A stretch of 57,783 bases of DNA, the filler included, from Circinaria calcarea (lineage: Eukaryota), in assembly GCA_051942165.1 (NCBI GenBank). It is 5 parts of 5 records of this genome, joined end to end, with 100 filler letters (N's around TTAATTAATTAA, not from the genome) between each part and the next. Parts side by side here need not be neighbours in the genome. Positions count along the whole stretch, not along the records: positions 34,757 to 46,221 come from JAVECS010000681.1; positions 46,322 to 57,783 come from JAVECS010000682.1; 3 more parts are not named here. One strand, given 5' to 3'. The position numbers and the translations under genes are program-made. Of the stretch, positions 35,101 through 47,689 are shown one piece after another (positions within the stretch are counted from its first letter, which is position 1; each line of letters begins with the position of its first letter). The notes below the pieces were generated by a model. It saw only the letters and a list, made by a program, of their open reading frames with translations, searched no databases and was not told the origin of the DNA.

Positions 35101-36497
35101 CCGCATGACCACACATGATATAAGCTATAGCCGCTCACAGCAGCCTTCTTTGCTGCACGTTAAATATACATAATATAGTAATGGGCCTCGAATCTTTTGG
35201 CTGAATACTTAATTTGGTCATCAAGTCTATACCCGCATTAAGATGTACGAATGTGGCATAGAGAATTGCGAGTTTTGCTCCCAATGCCTATCATTCTCCT
35301 AACCATGCTAGATATAATTAGTGCAAAGCCAATAGCATTGGCACGGTATATAGGGAGAGGTCTCGCCTAATAAATATTCTAGTGGACTATCATCTGAATA
35401 ACTAGGGGATTTGCAACCTGGGCTGCCCGCGTTGCTGCAGCTCGTCCTGTAGCATGAAGCGTGTGGGTGGCACCGATTCTTGAAAGTGATGTTGGTCATC
35501 TAGTATTTAGGCTTTCATCCGTGGGGGTGGTGTTTGAGACGGCTAACCTCGAAGTTATTCTACTGGTTTACCCTTGAAGCTGACCTAGGGGTAGAAAAAA
35601 GCCCGAGCGAACCGCTAAATTATAATCTAACCGCTATTAGTCAATATTCCGTGTAGTGTCGGTGCTGCAGATATCGCTGTACCACCAACCTGCAATCCAA
35701 CGTCTTTGGACGCCTTTCCAGCCCGATCATTTTAATCTCCGCAACCGCCGTGAGCAGTCTGATGCAGTTAGTGCAATATAAAGCGCCGACTGCACTGTTG
35801 GCAATGCATACCTCGACACTGCAAGCGAAGCTGCACTCCGGTGCAGCCCAAACGGGAATACAAGGGTAGAATCCCCACACCGGCACCGATAATGCGGCGC
35901 TATTTGATCAGCAGTCAATGGAAAGGACAGGTAGTGCTGCTGTACTGCCAGTGTCGTTCGCAAAGGCTGGCACTACTGGCGGCGCTGATCCTCCGCACCC
36001 TCCTGCAAGGTGCAGATCCTCAGGCAATGTTAACCATTCCCCGGACCAATCTTGAGAGAAAATTACTTATGATGTAAGGCAACCAATTATACCGGTTAGT
36101 CCAATACGATCCGCAAGTCATAAAACCCTCCTATCTTAATCCCGCTCCTATATCATTCGTGCCAAGAGTGCTCTAAGGACTGATCCCAAGCAGGGTTGAT
36201 ATTGGCCAAAGGACTACTCGGCTAGATAAGGCTATGATACTCGAAATGGAGATGATCGGATGGCCCGCATAAAGAGGAATAGTCGGCTAACAAAGACGCT
36301 GGGTAAGAATAACAAACGATATAAAAACCATAGGTATTTAAGTATTATTTTCTATACCGGAGCTAGCTGTGCTAGGAATTATTATACAACTTAATTCATT
36401 GTTTAGGATGGTCCTTCAAATACGATACGGAAAATTAAATCGCAAGACCCGACCACAAGACTCCACAGCATCTCCTCTGAAGTAGCCAAATTACATG

Positions 36498-38575
36498 TCA
36501 TAAATTGACAACTGTGGGACGATACACCCGGTGCAACGGCCGAGCGGGTTGGCTACCACTCCTAGAAATCACCTCTCCACGCCGCCATCGACTGGCAAAT
36601 GGCGAATCGTCCGACTCGCGAATATAATAGCTAAGATCACATGTAGGATCGAACTCGGCTTGGCTGAGACCATTACCTAGCCAAGTAAAGCGGTTGCTCC
36701 GATACTGAATATGCCAGTCATCTGCCCGAAGATCACGAATGGCTTCAAGATAATGAAGGGTACTTCCCGGCCATAAAGTCGGGGTATGGCCATCAACGGT
36801 ATGGTTCTTGTGCCCCGATCGGCATCCATCGGTCCATACGGTCTTTTCCATAAAGCCACGAACGTGAGCAGTGAAATCGTGTACGGCGCTGACTTTCGGG
36901 GCGAATGAGTGAAAGTCCTCGGTTTGCCAACGATTAATCCAGGCGAGCATGTAATCGGCTTGCGCTTCTGACCGCAGAAATTTGTCAGGCTATTACTTGT
37001 TCATTAAACCCAAGATATCGAATGATACTTACCGACAGCACTGAGAAGCGGGCCGTTCCCCACGGGGGAATATGGGCCGAGAAATATGAGCAGGTTTGGA
37101 AAACCCGGTGCTGCAATTCCAAGATACGACGGTATGAGCTCCTGTGCCCACACGTCTTGTAAGTTCTCATGTTGTCCAACGATGGGAAAGCGCGGGATGA
37201 ATGAAGTGTTATAGCCAGTGGCGCAGACTATTACATCAAGTTCGTATTCCTCTCCATCATCCCCTGTGCATCCTTGCTCTGTGAACGCAGTTACTCCTCC
37301 CGTCACAATCGTTACGTTGTCTTGGAAGAGATGCTACCGGTGTTGATAAGCTGAAGCCAGTAAATATCCACAGAAATTGAGATTGACTTACCTTCAAATA
37401 GTCAGTAGTGGGCGTGACTCTCCGACATCCAAATGACCAAGGCGGGATGAGCTTTTCTTCGAAGTGGGTGTTTGGTAGAGTTTCCTTCATATAGTTCATC
37501 GACATTTCCCTAGACCGATCTTGGAGAGTTGAGTCTTTTAGGTAAGCGGCTAAGTACATATGTTAATGACTTAGCATATCTTTGATGGAGGCAACATACT
37601 GAAGACGCTGTTCATCATAGATTCGTTGGTTTTGCGCAAAGTTATCAGAGCTGCAGGTTTACTTTTAAAGTCTTCAAGCTCTTCCCGGGTATACGTATGT
37701 TGTCCTCCACTGATAGTGGGCAGAAACCAGTTGGGCGAGCGAATGAAAGTCGTCAAATGGCTAACGCTAGGCTGTATGGCCGATAGTATTTGGACTGCTG
37801 AAGGACTACCTTAGGTCAGAAGTCTTGCTGAGCAACAGCATAAGAAGCTTACCCGTTACCGATTAAACCCACCCTTTTACCTTCAAGGGTCGTTGTCTCA
37901 TCCCAATTGGCACTATGAAGCAGTTCTCCTTTATAGCTATCCCGTCCTGTAAGAGATGGCCATGTCCAGTTGTTCAGATATCCACCTGCATTGATGAGGA
38001 TATTACACGAATCTTTGAAACATTCTCCAGAAACCGCATCCTCCACTAGGATATCCCATTTACCTAAGGTTTCTATCCATCGAGCGTCGACAACCTTATG
38101 GCTTCTCTTTATGTATCTTTCTAGGTTGTATTTGATACTAAAGTCATCAAAATACTTTTTGATTTCCCCGGAAGAGGCATAAACACTAGACCAGTCTAAC
38201 TTTGGCTCAAAAGAATAAGTATAATTGTGTGAGGGAACGTCGCATGCACAGCTTGAATTTCGTAAACTCCACACATTAATCAAATGCTAAGATAATAGAG
38301 AAGGCTAGAAAGGGCTTACCCAGGGTATTTGCTTTGATACCACGTACCGGAGAGCTCCGGATTTTTTTCGTATATCTAAACCAAAATCAGCTCCACGTGA
38401 CAAAGCTCCAAATCTAAGCGAGTACGCGAGTGAAAGAGTTACAAACAGTGAGGAAGAACTTTCTAAATGATCTTTGGAGTTTGTAGGCAAAGCACAAGCC
38501 TGAAGCCCCAGCGCCAATACAAACGATTCGCATCAATCGCTCATTATGAATACTTTCATGGACCTCGGGATCCAT
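36498..38575 (-). CDS. Baeyer-Villiger/flavin monooxygenase (StcW/MoxY-like), multi-exon
   Basis: IVCIGAGASG, YEKN..GTW..YPGCACDVPSHNY, BVMO fingerprint YKGELLHSANW, second Rossmann VGLIGNG, GCRR, DVIVCATGY. Frames join through GT-AG introns without stops. Confidence 0.9.
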
Positions 38576-39204
38576 CGCTAACAGGCCTGAGGGCTTGTTG
38601 TTGTTGAAGACTTGGATTATGGGGGAAAGCTATTGCAGATCCGAATAGAAGTATGTTTTTGTACAACCAAAATCCCGTGAAAACAAGTTGCCAGTAGAGA
38701 GTTTATATACAGAGGGATAGGCACATAAGATATTAAGATAACACATAGAATACCTGACATCCGACATACAGATAACATACTCGGAGTAATTATATATCCG
38801 TGACCTACGCATTATGCAAGACCATGCTGCCGAACGTGCATTAGGACGGCGTGGACGACCCTTAGCTGTAGCTGCGGCGATGTCTAATGCATAAGCTAGC
38901 GAGCCCATCGTTCAGATAGCGCTGTCATCCCGGGGGTTAAATATGCGGGACAGGGAGACTCGTATATGCAAGACAGTTGGAAGAGAAAGTCGTAAGAACG
39001 CAGTCCAACGGCGTGCTGCTACTATTACCAGCTCTGCCACTATCGAATCGCTTCGAAATGAGATGCAGTACATATTAATTTAAAAATATCATCCGCATAG
39101 GTTCCTGAGCTATTCATTGCCATGGAAACAAAACTATGTGTGATCGTTTCCGTCACTGGAGGATTGATCAACATTAAAAGCGATTGATTTAATCATGAAG
39201 CTGT

Positions 39205-40678
39205 CTACTCGCCCTCCCAGCTGGCTTCAATGATTGCTAAGGTAGACTCTGGCGGATTCTTAATTCCCCGGAACCTGAATCTTGGATCTGCGCTTCTGAA
39301 TAGCTGCGCCCAGTCCTCGCCATCACGCTCCTTAGCATTCTGAATCTCTTTCATGGCGATGTCAAACACCCTGCGAAAGATAAGCCTGTGAGGAGAGGAT
39401 ATATGCAATCAGATGGGATAAAGAGATGTGAGGGTTTAAAACGGGGTGAAATGGCAGCGAGAGGGGATAAAGCAAGGCTCTCATCGGCGAAGTCATGTAA
39501 AAGTAGAAAGAAAGAAATGTATATATTGGAAGTAACTAACCTTGCAGGCCGTTCATGATACGGCGATAGCACACATGGCGGCGGAAGACAAAGGTCAGAT
39601 ACCACTACCCTCGCTCCTTTCTTCAACGCCGGTATTAGTTGGTGTAATATCTTCCTCGCATACTTATCAGACCAATCGTGAAAGATCCACCGGAAGTAAT
39701 AAATATCAGCCCCTTTGAGAGGTTGTTCCGTGAAGAAATCATGAGCCATGAAACTTAATCTTTCTCGAAGATCAGGCGGAATTTCCGCCCCCGCTATCAC
39801 TTCCGGCAAATCTTGAACCACGCATCTCATCTCTGGGAAGCGTCGTGCAATATCCATCGTGACTGTGCCCCGGGATCCGCCTACATCCACCAGTACACCG
39901 CAGGCCGCATCTGCCCAGTCACAATTGTTCAGAACATGCTCGATGCTATATCTAGGCCCGGCATGCATGAAGCTCATCGCAGCCGCCATCCGCTTGGCCC
40001 TTTTCGAGTCACTACCAACAGTATCCATCATTGGAGAATCTGTGTTTGACGCAATTGCAAAGCCTGCTTCATTTGGTTCCTCGGAACCTGGCCACTTCTC
40101 CATGGCGTCCACTACACGCGTCGCGGCTGGCCACATTTCGCCACTCATGAAGTCAACCAATTGGCCGAGAAGTGGCATCCCAGCGAGAGCTTTGGAAGCC
40201 GCGTTATGGGCGACTATTCCGTTGGATGGTTCACGGAACACCCAGTGCGCCATTGCATGGCGTAGGATGCGCCGAGTATCGGACTCGGAGAGGGAGCAAG
40301 TGCGAGCTATTTCCGCGAATGTGGCAGTGGAGGTAAGGGGAAAGGAATTGGCGATATTGAAGCGTTGAATGGCCTGTAGGCTAGTCATCATGTTGTGCTA
40401 GAAAGTGGTGATTAGCCCTGCATTTTGAAGAGGAAAACAAGGCGTACGGGTAGGCTCGCTAGGTATTTGACGGGTCCAAGCATAAGGACGTTGAGCTCGT
40501 CCATTGCCTCCAGAACGGCGCCTTGGGAGGCGGCGATATCCGTCGGGAGTGGGAGGATTGCGGGACTGGAAATATCAAAGGAAGGGCTAGGGAGATTCTG
40601 CGAGTTAAGGTAGCTATCGACTTTAGCTGTGTGTTCTTGAATGACTGCAGCAAGCTCTACGATTCTGCTGGAAGGCAT
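39205..40678 (-). CDS. SAM-dependent O-methyltransferase (Methyltransf_2, fungal secondary-metabolite type), 3 exons
   Basis: SRIVELA..I...TAKVD, winged-helix RRILRHAM, LVDVGGSRG, VVQDLPEV, AHDFF..QP..GADIYYFRWIFHDWSD, NAKER..DW..LF..ADPRF. Confidence 0.92.
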
Positions 40679-41715
40679 CGTTTCCGCCGTAAGGCTTTGG
40701 TGAGAGCGGTTCAAGGTAAAGGGCCAGACGCCTACGCTCGACCTCAAGAAGGAGGCTTGAATCCGCAGCTCCGAAGGAATCTTAAGATATACCTAGGTTA
40801 TCAACGAGAAGAGACTACTAGCTATAGCATGCTAGCATATATGAAGAATTCGTTCCCACTTGAATTTGTAGGGTAGGTAAGGTGAGCCTCCTGACGACCA
40901 TGGAAGATGGACCAAGAAGCTGGGGACAGTCGATGCTGAACGCAAGTAGCGAGACTCGCGGGCGGACCGGTAGAATACATTCACCATGTCGAGGGGCATT
41001 GCCTGCAGGCAACAGCAGAGGACCGTGACACAGGCGCAGTTGGAAGGGATCTTCCCCGAGAATGGCGTAGAATACCTCAAAGACAGACGACGTGCTTTCC
41101 GAGCTATTCGAGCGAGAACTACGATCCTCCCGTCTCCCCGTCTCCCCGTTGTCGCATAGGAGGGAGTTTCTTTAGCGCCGGGCTGGGCCATGATTCGGAC
41201 CATTAGTACCTTATTCTAGAACTGCAATCATTCGACCGGGTGGTGTGCTCAATATTCTAGCCCGGGGAAAACGCCCGTTCCCACCACACTCGGCTGACAC
41301 TTCAGAGGCGATGGCAGCAATGAGAAATGGAAGTCGATGCAGGGCCTTTTTTCAGTCAGCTGCTTGGAGTAAGCCATCCACCCTGGATCAATGCACATCC
41401 ACATCATCCAGAGCAAATTTGCGGCGTAGTGGTATATGAGTCATTTTTGTGCGGAGTTGGGGGTTTTGCAGCATTCCACTTCCTTTCCTTAACTGATCCT
41501 CTACGTGTTCATGCCTATGCCTTAGCCGGCACCTACCTACCATCTATCGCCTTCCTCAGAATAGAGGACAGCGACTTTACCACCAAGGGCGTTGATGTTT
41601 GTGGCTTCCAGGGCCTCTCCTTGACTATATCTTCCTTCACTATATCTGCTTTGGATATTGCCGTTGTTCGACGGTTGACATATTAAACCTGTCAATCCAA
41701 TTGAAGGCTCAAGCC

Positions 41716-43006
41716 ATGTTCGTCTCAACAGCAAGCAGTATGCTTGCTATCAGCGTTGTCTTTCCACTGCTCGCTGCGATATCCGTTGTTCTGCGATTTG
41801 GAGCTCGTAGGGTAAAGTCTATACCGCCTGGGATCGATGATTGGCTTACTCTCGTGGCTCTGGTAAGGTGTGCACTTCCAGTATGTGATTAAGTTAACGA
41901 CTGTTGGCTTCAGATCTTTTGCGTTGGCCTTGGTGTCAACTCCATCATCGGAGTGTCCACTAGAGCCGTTGGTACGCCACGAGAGTTGCTAAGCATGAGT
42001 CAGGCTGTCACGCTATTGAAGGTGGAAGCTAATCGCTCTTAATATGAAACCTCTCTGACGAGAACAGGTTATATGGGCTGACTCGTTCTTGTGCTTTACT
42101 GCTCTGGCCATCGTTAAGATAGCTATCCTCCTTTTCTACAGAAGAATCTTCACGACAAAAAGGTTCCGTCTCGTGGCAAACGTTATGAGTGCCATCGTGA
42201 TTGCCTGGGGAATCGCCTCAATTTTGGTAGATACCCACTCCCGAGTCCATAAATAACGGATCTGACTGGAGCAGGTGCTCCTATTCAACGAACATCCAAT
42301 ATCGGGTAATTGGAATCCTATGGTAGACTTTTCCACGATCAACTTAAGTGTCTTTTTGTTCTCGCACGCCATTATCGATCTCGCCCTTGACGTCATCATT
42401 CTCTGCCTTCCATTGCCTATGATCCAAAAACTACACCTGTCAAATCGCCGCAAGTTATACCTAATAGGCGTCTTCTGGCTTGGATTTTTGTAAGTCATTC
42501 GACTGAACATCCGATTGAAGGGCTTTGCTGATAACAACTGATACAGCTGCGTTATCTCCGAAGCTGTGCGTATATACTATTTCCACTTATACCTTTTCTC
42601 CACCAAAGCTGAGACTCAGGAACAGTTCAACTGTAAGCATTCCCTCAGGCCGTTTCTCCTCTCTCCTCTCTTCTACCTTCTGCTTATCCTAAACCTACTT
42701 ACTTCTCTCTACCTATCTAACGTTGGTATTAACAACTTCCTAGCAACCGTCATTAATATTCTCATCTGGTCCCGAATCGAACCGTGTTGCTCCGTTATTG
42801 CAGCCTGCCTACCAACTCTTGGACCACTCATTAAGAATGGCCGTTCCCCAGAGTCACTGATCAACAGCATTCAATCGTTCCTCTCAGATCACGCTAGCTT
42901 TATCACTGGTACCGAAAAGGCGGGCAAAATATCAGAGGATAATCATCTCTCAGTATCCAAACATGCTGAACGTAAAGAGCCACTGCGACTAGTTGCAAGT
43001 GTCTAA
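41716..43006 (+). CDS. Pth11-like (fungal rhodopsin-domain) multi-TM membrane protein without CFEM, multi-exon
   Basis: VVLRFGARR...GIDDWL, KIAILLFYRRIF, DVIILCLPLP.I.KL.LS.RRK, WSRIEPCCSVIAACLPTL. Confidence 0.85.
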
Positions 43007-43627
43007 TACATAATAGTTACATGAAATGACGCCGAAGGCATATGAAGGGAGAAGAATGGAATGGAAGGTGGATCGAAGAGGATTAAGGTAGAAAAGAGTG
43101 AGTATAATTATCACATGACATTCTCGAGGGCGAGGAAAATGGTAAACAGGGGAGTGTTGGAACGTATGTTTCTTGGTATGAAGATAGCAGACGAAAGGTG
43201 CAGTTGGTTTTATTTACTTATTTTTAAGCTATAACCTAATTAGTTCGTTATTTTAATTAATACGAAAGAAATAATAAAATAGCGATGCTGATATTTTTAA
43301 TTGCGTGTTAAATATGCCTTTACGGAAGAGGTAAACTGATACTTATATAATATATTAACTAGCCATAATACCAAAGACCTAATAAAATAGGGATGGAAAG
43401 CCAAAATACTGTTATATCTGAATAAAGTTATTATATCTGGGAAGAGTATTATACCGATCGTTAATAGGCTGCTAATGATAATTTATACTTTCCTCACTAC
43501 CGTAGGAAGTGGCTTTCACATTATTATAGCTGTTTTTCGATTGCGCTATCTATCGTGCCAAGTCCTAGACTTCACCGACTTGCCTTTTGAAGCAAATACG
43601 ATATAAATAAAGACAACTTGATTCGCT

Positions 43628-44970
43628 TTAATACCTATAGCAAAGAATGCCCGACTCTGTGTTTATTATCTCCGACACTCTCATCTCTGGCGCAAGGTCG
43701 CTCAACTCGAGCATGTCAGCCAAAGACGCACTGTTATTCGTGTCACGGCGAGCCTGTCCGAGATATTCTGTTAGTCTTTTCCGGGGATCGGCTTGTTGCC
43801 ACATCCACCACAGTCTATCAAGCTGCGTATGATGGAGGAAGAAAACCGGATCTGCGAGTTCGTTCAGCCCTGACACAACCGGCCAGCATAACAACGAGAA
43901 CGATCACGATAACGAAAACAAGGCCATAAGATTCCACAACCTAAAAGAACTTGCACGGCACATACCATACGGAGCCGAGGTTTTCGAAAAGTCTCCACGA
44001 ACCAGGTGGGGAATTGCATCATGGGCTGTGTGCTCTACCCCAAGATTGAACGAGTTATAACTCGACTCCTCCAGCAGTCTTTCAAGGGCTGCTGGCTGGA
44101 TATTCATTTCCAAATTTCTTCTGACCGTTCCATTGGCTTCAAAGCCGCGCGACAAACAGTGGGGGATAGCCTCTCTTCCGAAATTCAAAGCCGTGAGGTG
44201 AGCAAAAGGGCCGTCGGTGACACAGTAACCGTCGCCGACAGACGTTTGATCGCTCGTGTTGCCGTTACCTCCGAATCCCCTCTCGCTATCCCAGACGGGT
44301 GCATTGGCGAATTCTTCCCAGTCCAACGACCAGTTCCAATACCTGAGGCACGTATTCAGTAATGTTTAGAAGGATTCGCACTCATCATAAGCCTAGCATA
44401 CGTTAGGTGACCAGTGTATCCGCATTCGAGCTGCAAAGTCCCCTCGAACACGTGGATAAAATATCTATGCCAGGCGAGAAATCCTGCTGTCGCGTGGACT
44501 GCATAGACATGTCAGCTAACAGAACACATCAAGGATTAATCGAACTCGGGATACGAACAATAACTCCCGACCCGACTGTGGACCCACGGGAAATCATCAT
44601 ATAGTGTCTGTTCGAGGCCGAGCTTCGAAGGTAAAGTCCTAAGACACTGGACCGCGGCAATATACTCGGACTTTTCCGAGCTGCTTAAGCTCCGCCATTC
44701 TCGACGAGTAGTGGGGGTTCTACACGATACTGAGGGAAATTGTAGAGAAGCAGTCATCGGGAACATATTGCTCTGAAGAAGTGTGCCACCGGAGAAGCCT
44801 AACAGTAGACAAACAAAGGCCACGATAAATATCAGACTGAAATAAAACAGCCGCTGCTTCCGTGCTGCGGAGATGGGAAATAAAAATGGTTCTGCATCAT
44901 TCTTATAATTGCAGTCTGAGCTAGGAGCAAGAGAATACTTTCTGGAAAGCTGCTTTAATTTTGCCATCAT
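43628..44970 (-). CDS. Membrane-anchored tyrosinase-like di-copper oxidase (UstQ-like), 4 exons
   Basis: N-terminal TM segment, C..P..RREWRSLS..EK.EYI.AVQCL, DDFPWVH, FHATAGFLAWHR, YWNWSLD, GFGGNG, CVTDGPF, HCLSR, AHDAIPH, DPVFFLHHTQLDRLWW, LCYRY. Confidence 0.88.
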
Positions 44971-45619
44971 GACTCTGTACAGAAAATTGAATAAGAGTAT
45001 ACAGGAGATGGGGCGTCCTAAGGAGAGGAAGTTTAGTTTGTGTAACTGGGTAGGCTTACTCTTAATATATTTAAGCTGGCTAATGTATTCCACCCCTATT
45101 TTACAGTGCTTGTATTTGGTAGATTGTGATTGGCATCCCTAGACCTCCATAGCAGCCTGCTTGTCCTCTTACTAGACAGCGAGTGATGTCAAGGGCGGAA
45201 GCACCATTTTAGTAAAAGCAATGTAGGGATCTATGCATATTAAACATAGAAGAAGCAAAAGAGAAGTGAATATCATTAAAGCTAGTCATAACGCCTGTAC
45301 ATGCCATGGCAACGGCGCAGGTGCAGGATCAATGATGTAGTCGTTTACGGAGTACAATGCATGAAAATTATCGCCTTGGCATCTGCTGCATCATATCTGA
45401 AAGTGGTGATAATTCCGTATTTATCTTAGGGAGTAGTCAGTGCCGCCAGTAGTGCCGCAGTTGCGCACCGCATCAATAAAGTGTATTCTCATGCAGTCGA
45501 TAAGATGATCATTCGTAGTCTAAGCTTTCCTGTGCTGGTAGGGTCGCGCTACAATACAAGGCTTGACCAGGCTGGAATTTCCATCTCATCCACTGCCATT
45601 GCCTTGCTCCATGCAGCAA

Positions 45620-45787
45620 TGTAAGGCCTCCAATAATGCAGCCGGTGCAGTGCGGCTTGGCAGTTCACGGCGCAGTAAAGAGGTGCTGCACTGCATTAAT
45701 AGTGCAGTGAGCAAGGCTATACAGCCAAGCGAGTGTAATGCAGAACCCCACCCACACTGCACCGGCTGGACTATTGGAGGCCTTGCA
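45620..45787. repeat. Long imperfect inverted repeat / nested hairpin (degenerate MITE or hairpin RNA)
   Basis: 45623-45652 vs 45755-45784 are complementary at 28/30 positions. Inner stems GCTTGGC/GCCAAGC and CTGCACT/AGTGCAG. Confidence 0.8.
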
Positions 45788-45879
45788 GCAATGATTGCTG
45801 TGCCGCTATTATTGCATTAATCCCCGCGTATAACAAGGAAAATGCATTACATACACGGGGTGGCGGGCTAATCTAGGCC

Positions 45880-46221
45880 CTGAAAATAAAACTTATTTAA
45901 TGCGGGGTACATAAAATAAATCCACTTTTTCGGGCGCAAATTAAATTAACGCCCCCGGTCCATATTAATTTAAATTTTTAATATATTTAATTCTAATAAT
46001 AATATAATAATTAATATAATCGGATTTAATATAAATTTAATTTAAATATTAAATTCGTTTATTTTTTAAAATTATTAATTCACCGTTTAATTTATTTTAT
46101 ATATATAAAAAATATTTTCGTTATTTAATTAATTTTTTATATTAAAAAAGGGTTTGGTTTGAAAAATTTAAAAATATATTTATAATTAATAAATTACGCG
46201 GTAAAATTATTAGAATTATAT
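45880..46221. repeat. AT-rich, probably RIP-mutated repeat relic at contig end
   Basis: Extremely AT-rich and TpA-rich, with residual C/G often in CpG. Left boundary approximate. Confidence 0.6.
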
Positions 46222-46321
46222 NNNNNNNNNNNNNNNNNNNNNNNNNNNNNNNNNNNNNNNNNNNNTTAATTAATTAANNNNNNNNNNNNNNNNNNNNNNN
46301 NNNNNNNNNNNNNNNNNNNNN
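46222..46321. other. Artificial contig-joining linker
   Basis: 44 N + TTAATTAATTAA + 44 N. Confidence 0.98.
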
Positions 46322-47440
46322 TTCTAGGTGTCCGTATTCACTCTGATCAACGGGATAAGCGGCCACGAAAACCATCGACTGCGGTTCCTCAAAACCAGGT
46401 AAAGGCTCAACTAGCTTCTCCGATCCGACTGTTGTGTATGTATCACCAACTTTGGCTTCCTGACTTCTTTTCATACCAGGATTAAAGTGAATATATCCCA
46501 GTTGTCCAGCTCGCAGAAGTTTTTGTGGTGTCTGATCCGGATACATGACTCCAACCTCTCCAACGTGGTACTTCAGTCCTGTAGCAAAAGAAGTAACTTG
46601 ATCTCCTGCCCTGATTTGGCCGTCAAATATTCGGACCAGGAGGATAACACCCTTGTAGTTTGAATACCATGAGTCAATGAGAAGTAGACGAAGAGGTTTT
46701 TGTTGATCGCCAGTTGGAGCAGGGATCTGCTCAATGACGGCAGGTAGTACAGCCTGCACATTCTGTCCAGTTTTCGCAGAAACAAGCACGGTGTTCTCTG
46801 TGTTCAATTCAAACGTTGTCTTAATCTGCTCAATTGTGCGAGGCACATCCGCGGATGGCAGATCTACCTTGTTGATGATTGGTAAAACCTCAAGGCCTTC
46901 CGCGAAAGCGAGATAGAACTTAGAAACTGTCTCTGCCTGTATTCCTTGACTCGCATCAACCAAGAGTATCGCGCCACCGCAGCTTGCGTAACTGCGTGAC
47001 ACTTCCGCCCGGAAATCAACATGGCCGGGAGTGTCCACCAAGTGTAACAGATAGTTTTCTCCTTTGTAGTTGTATATCATACTACAGGTTTGCGCCTTGA
47101 CAGTGATTCCGCGCTCTCGCTCGACGTCAAGCTTGTCCAAGACCTGTTTCTTGCCCCCAGGCTCAATTGTGCCAGTAATCTCGAGGAGACGGTCGCTGAG
47201 TGTAGATTTGCCATGGTCGACGTGAGCAACAATGCAGAAGTTCCGGAAACGTTCGATCGGTATTTCAGATATCCTTTTTTCTAGGTTTCCAAGTTTATGA
47301 GGAGTACTCGCATGTCTTGGCCAGGAACTCCTAAAGACTTGATGGAAGGCAGTAGGTGTTACAAAGCTCAGCGGTACTCTTGGATTTAGCGCACGGGGAA
47401 CATACTGAGCCCTGTATAGAGACCACCTCCATGGTCGCAT
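46322..47440 (-). CDS. GUF1: Mitochondrial translation factor Guf1 (LepA/EF4), 3'-truncated
   Basis: Arg-rich presequence, [63 protein letters not shown]. Confidence 0.95.
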
Positions 47441-47689
47441 AGGTTCAGGGTGACAAAATTTGCATGGTCGCAAAATTGCTCTTCTGAGTGATCTGATGCA
47501 TCCAAATTAAGTTTAAAGCTACGATGCTTACCTAAGCCACCCATATCGCGGCCCTTCCTAAAAGCAAAATGAGTAAACAAATGAAATCGGATAATTGCAT
47601 TATCACAGTTTGTAGCCTATCTCAACGACCCACTCATCTTTCAAGGACCAAACCTCTGGGATCACCTCTTCACCATTAAATCAAGTGAG

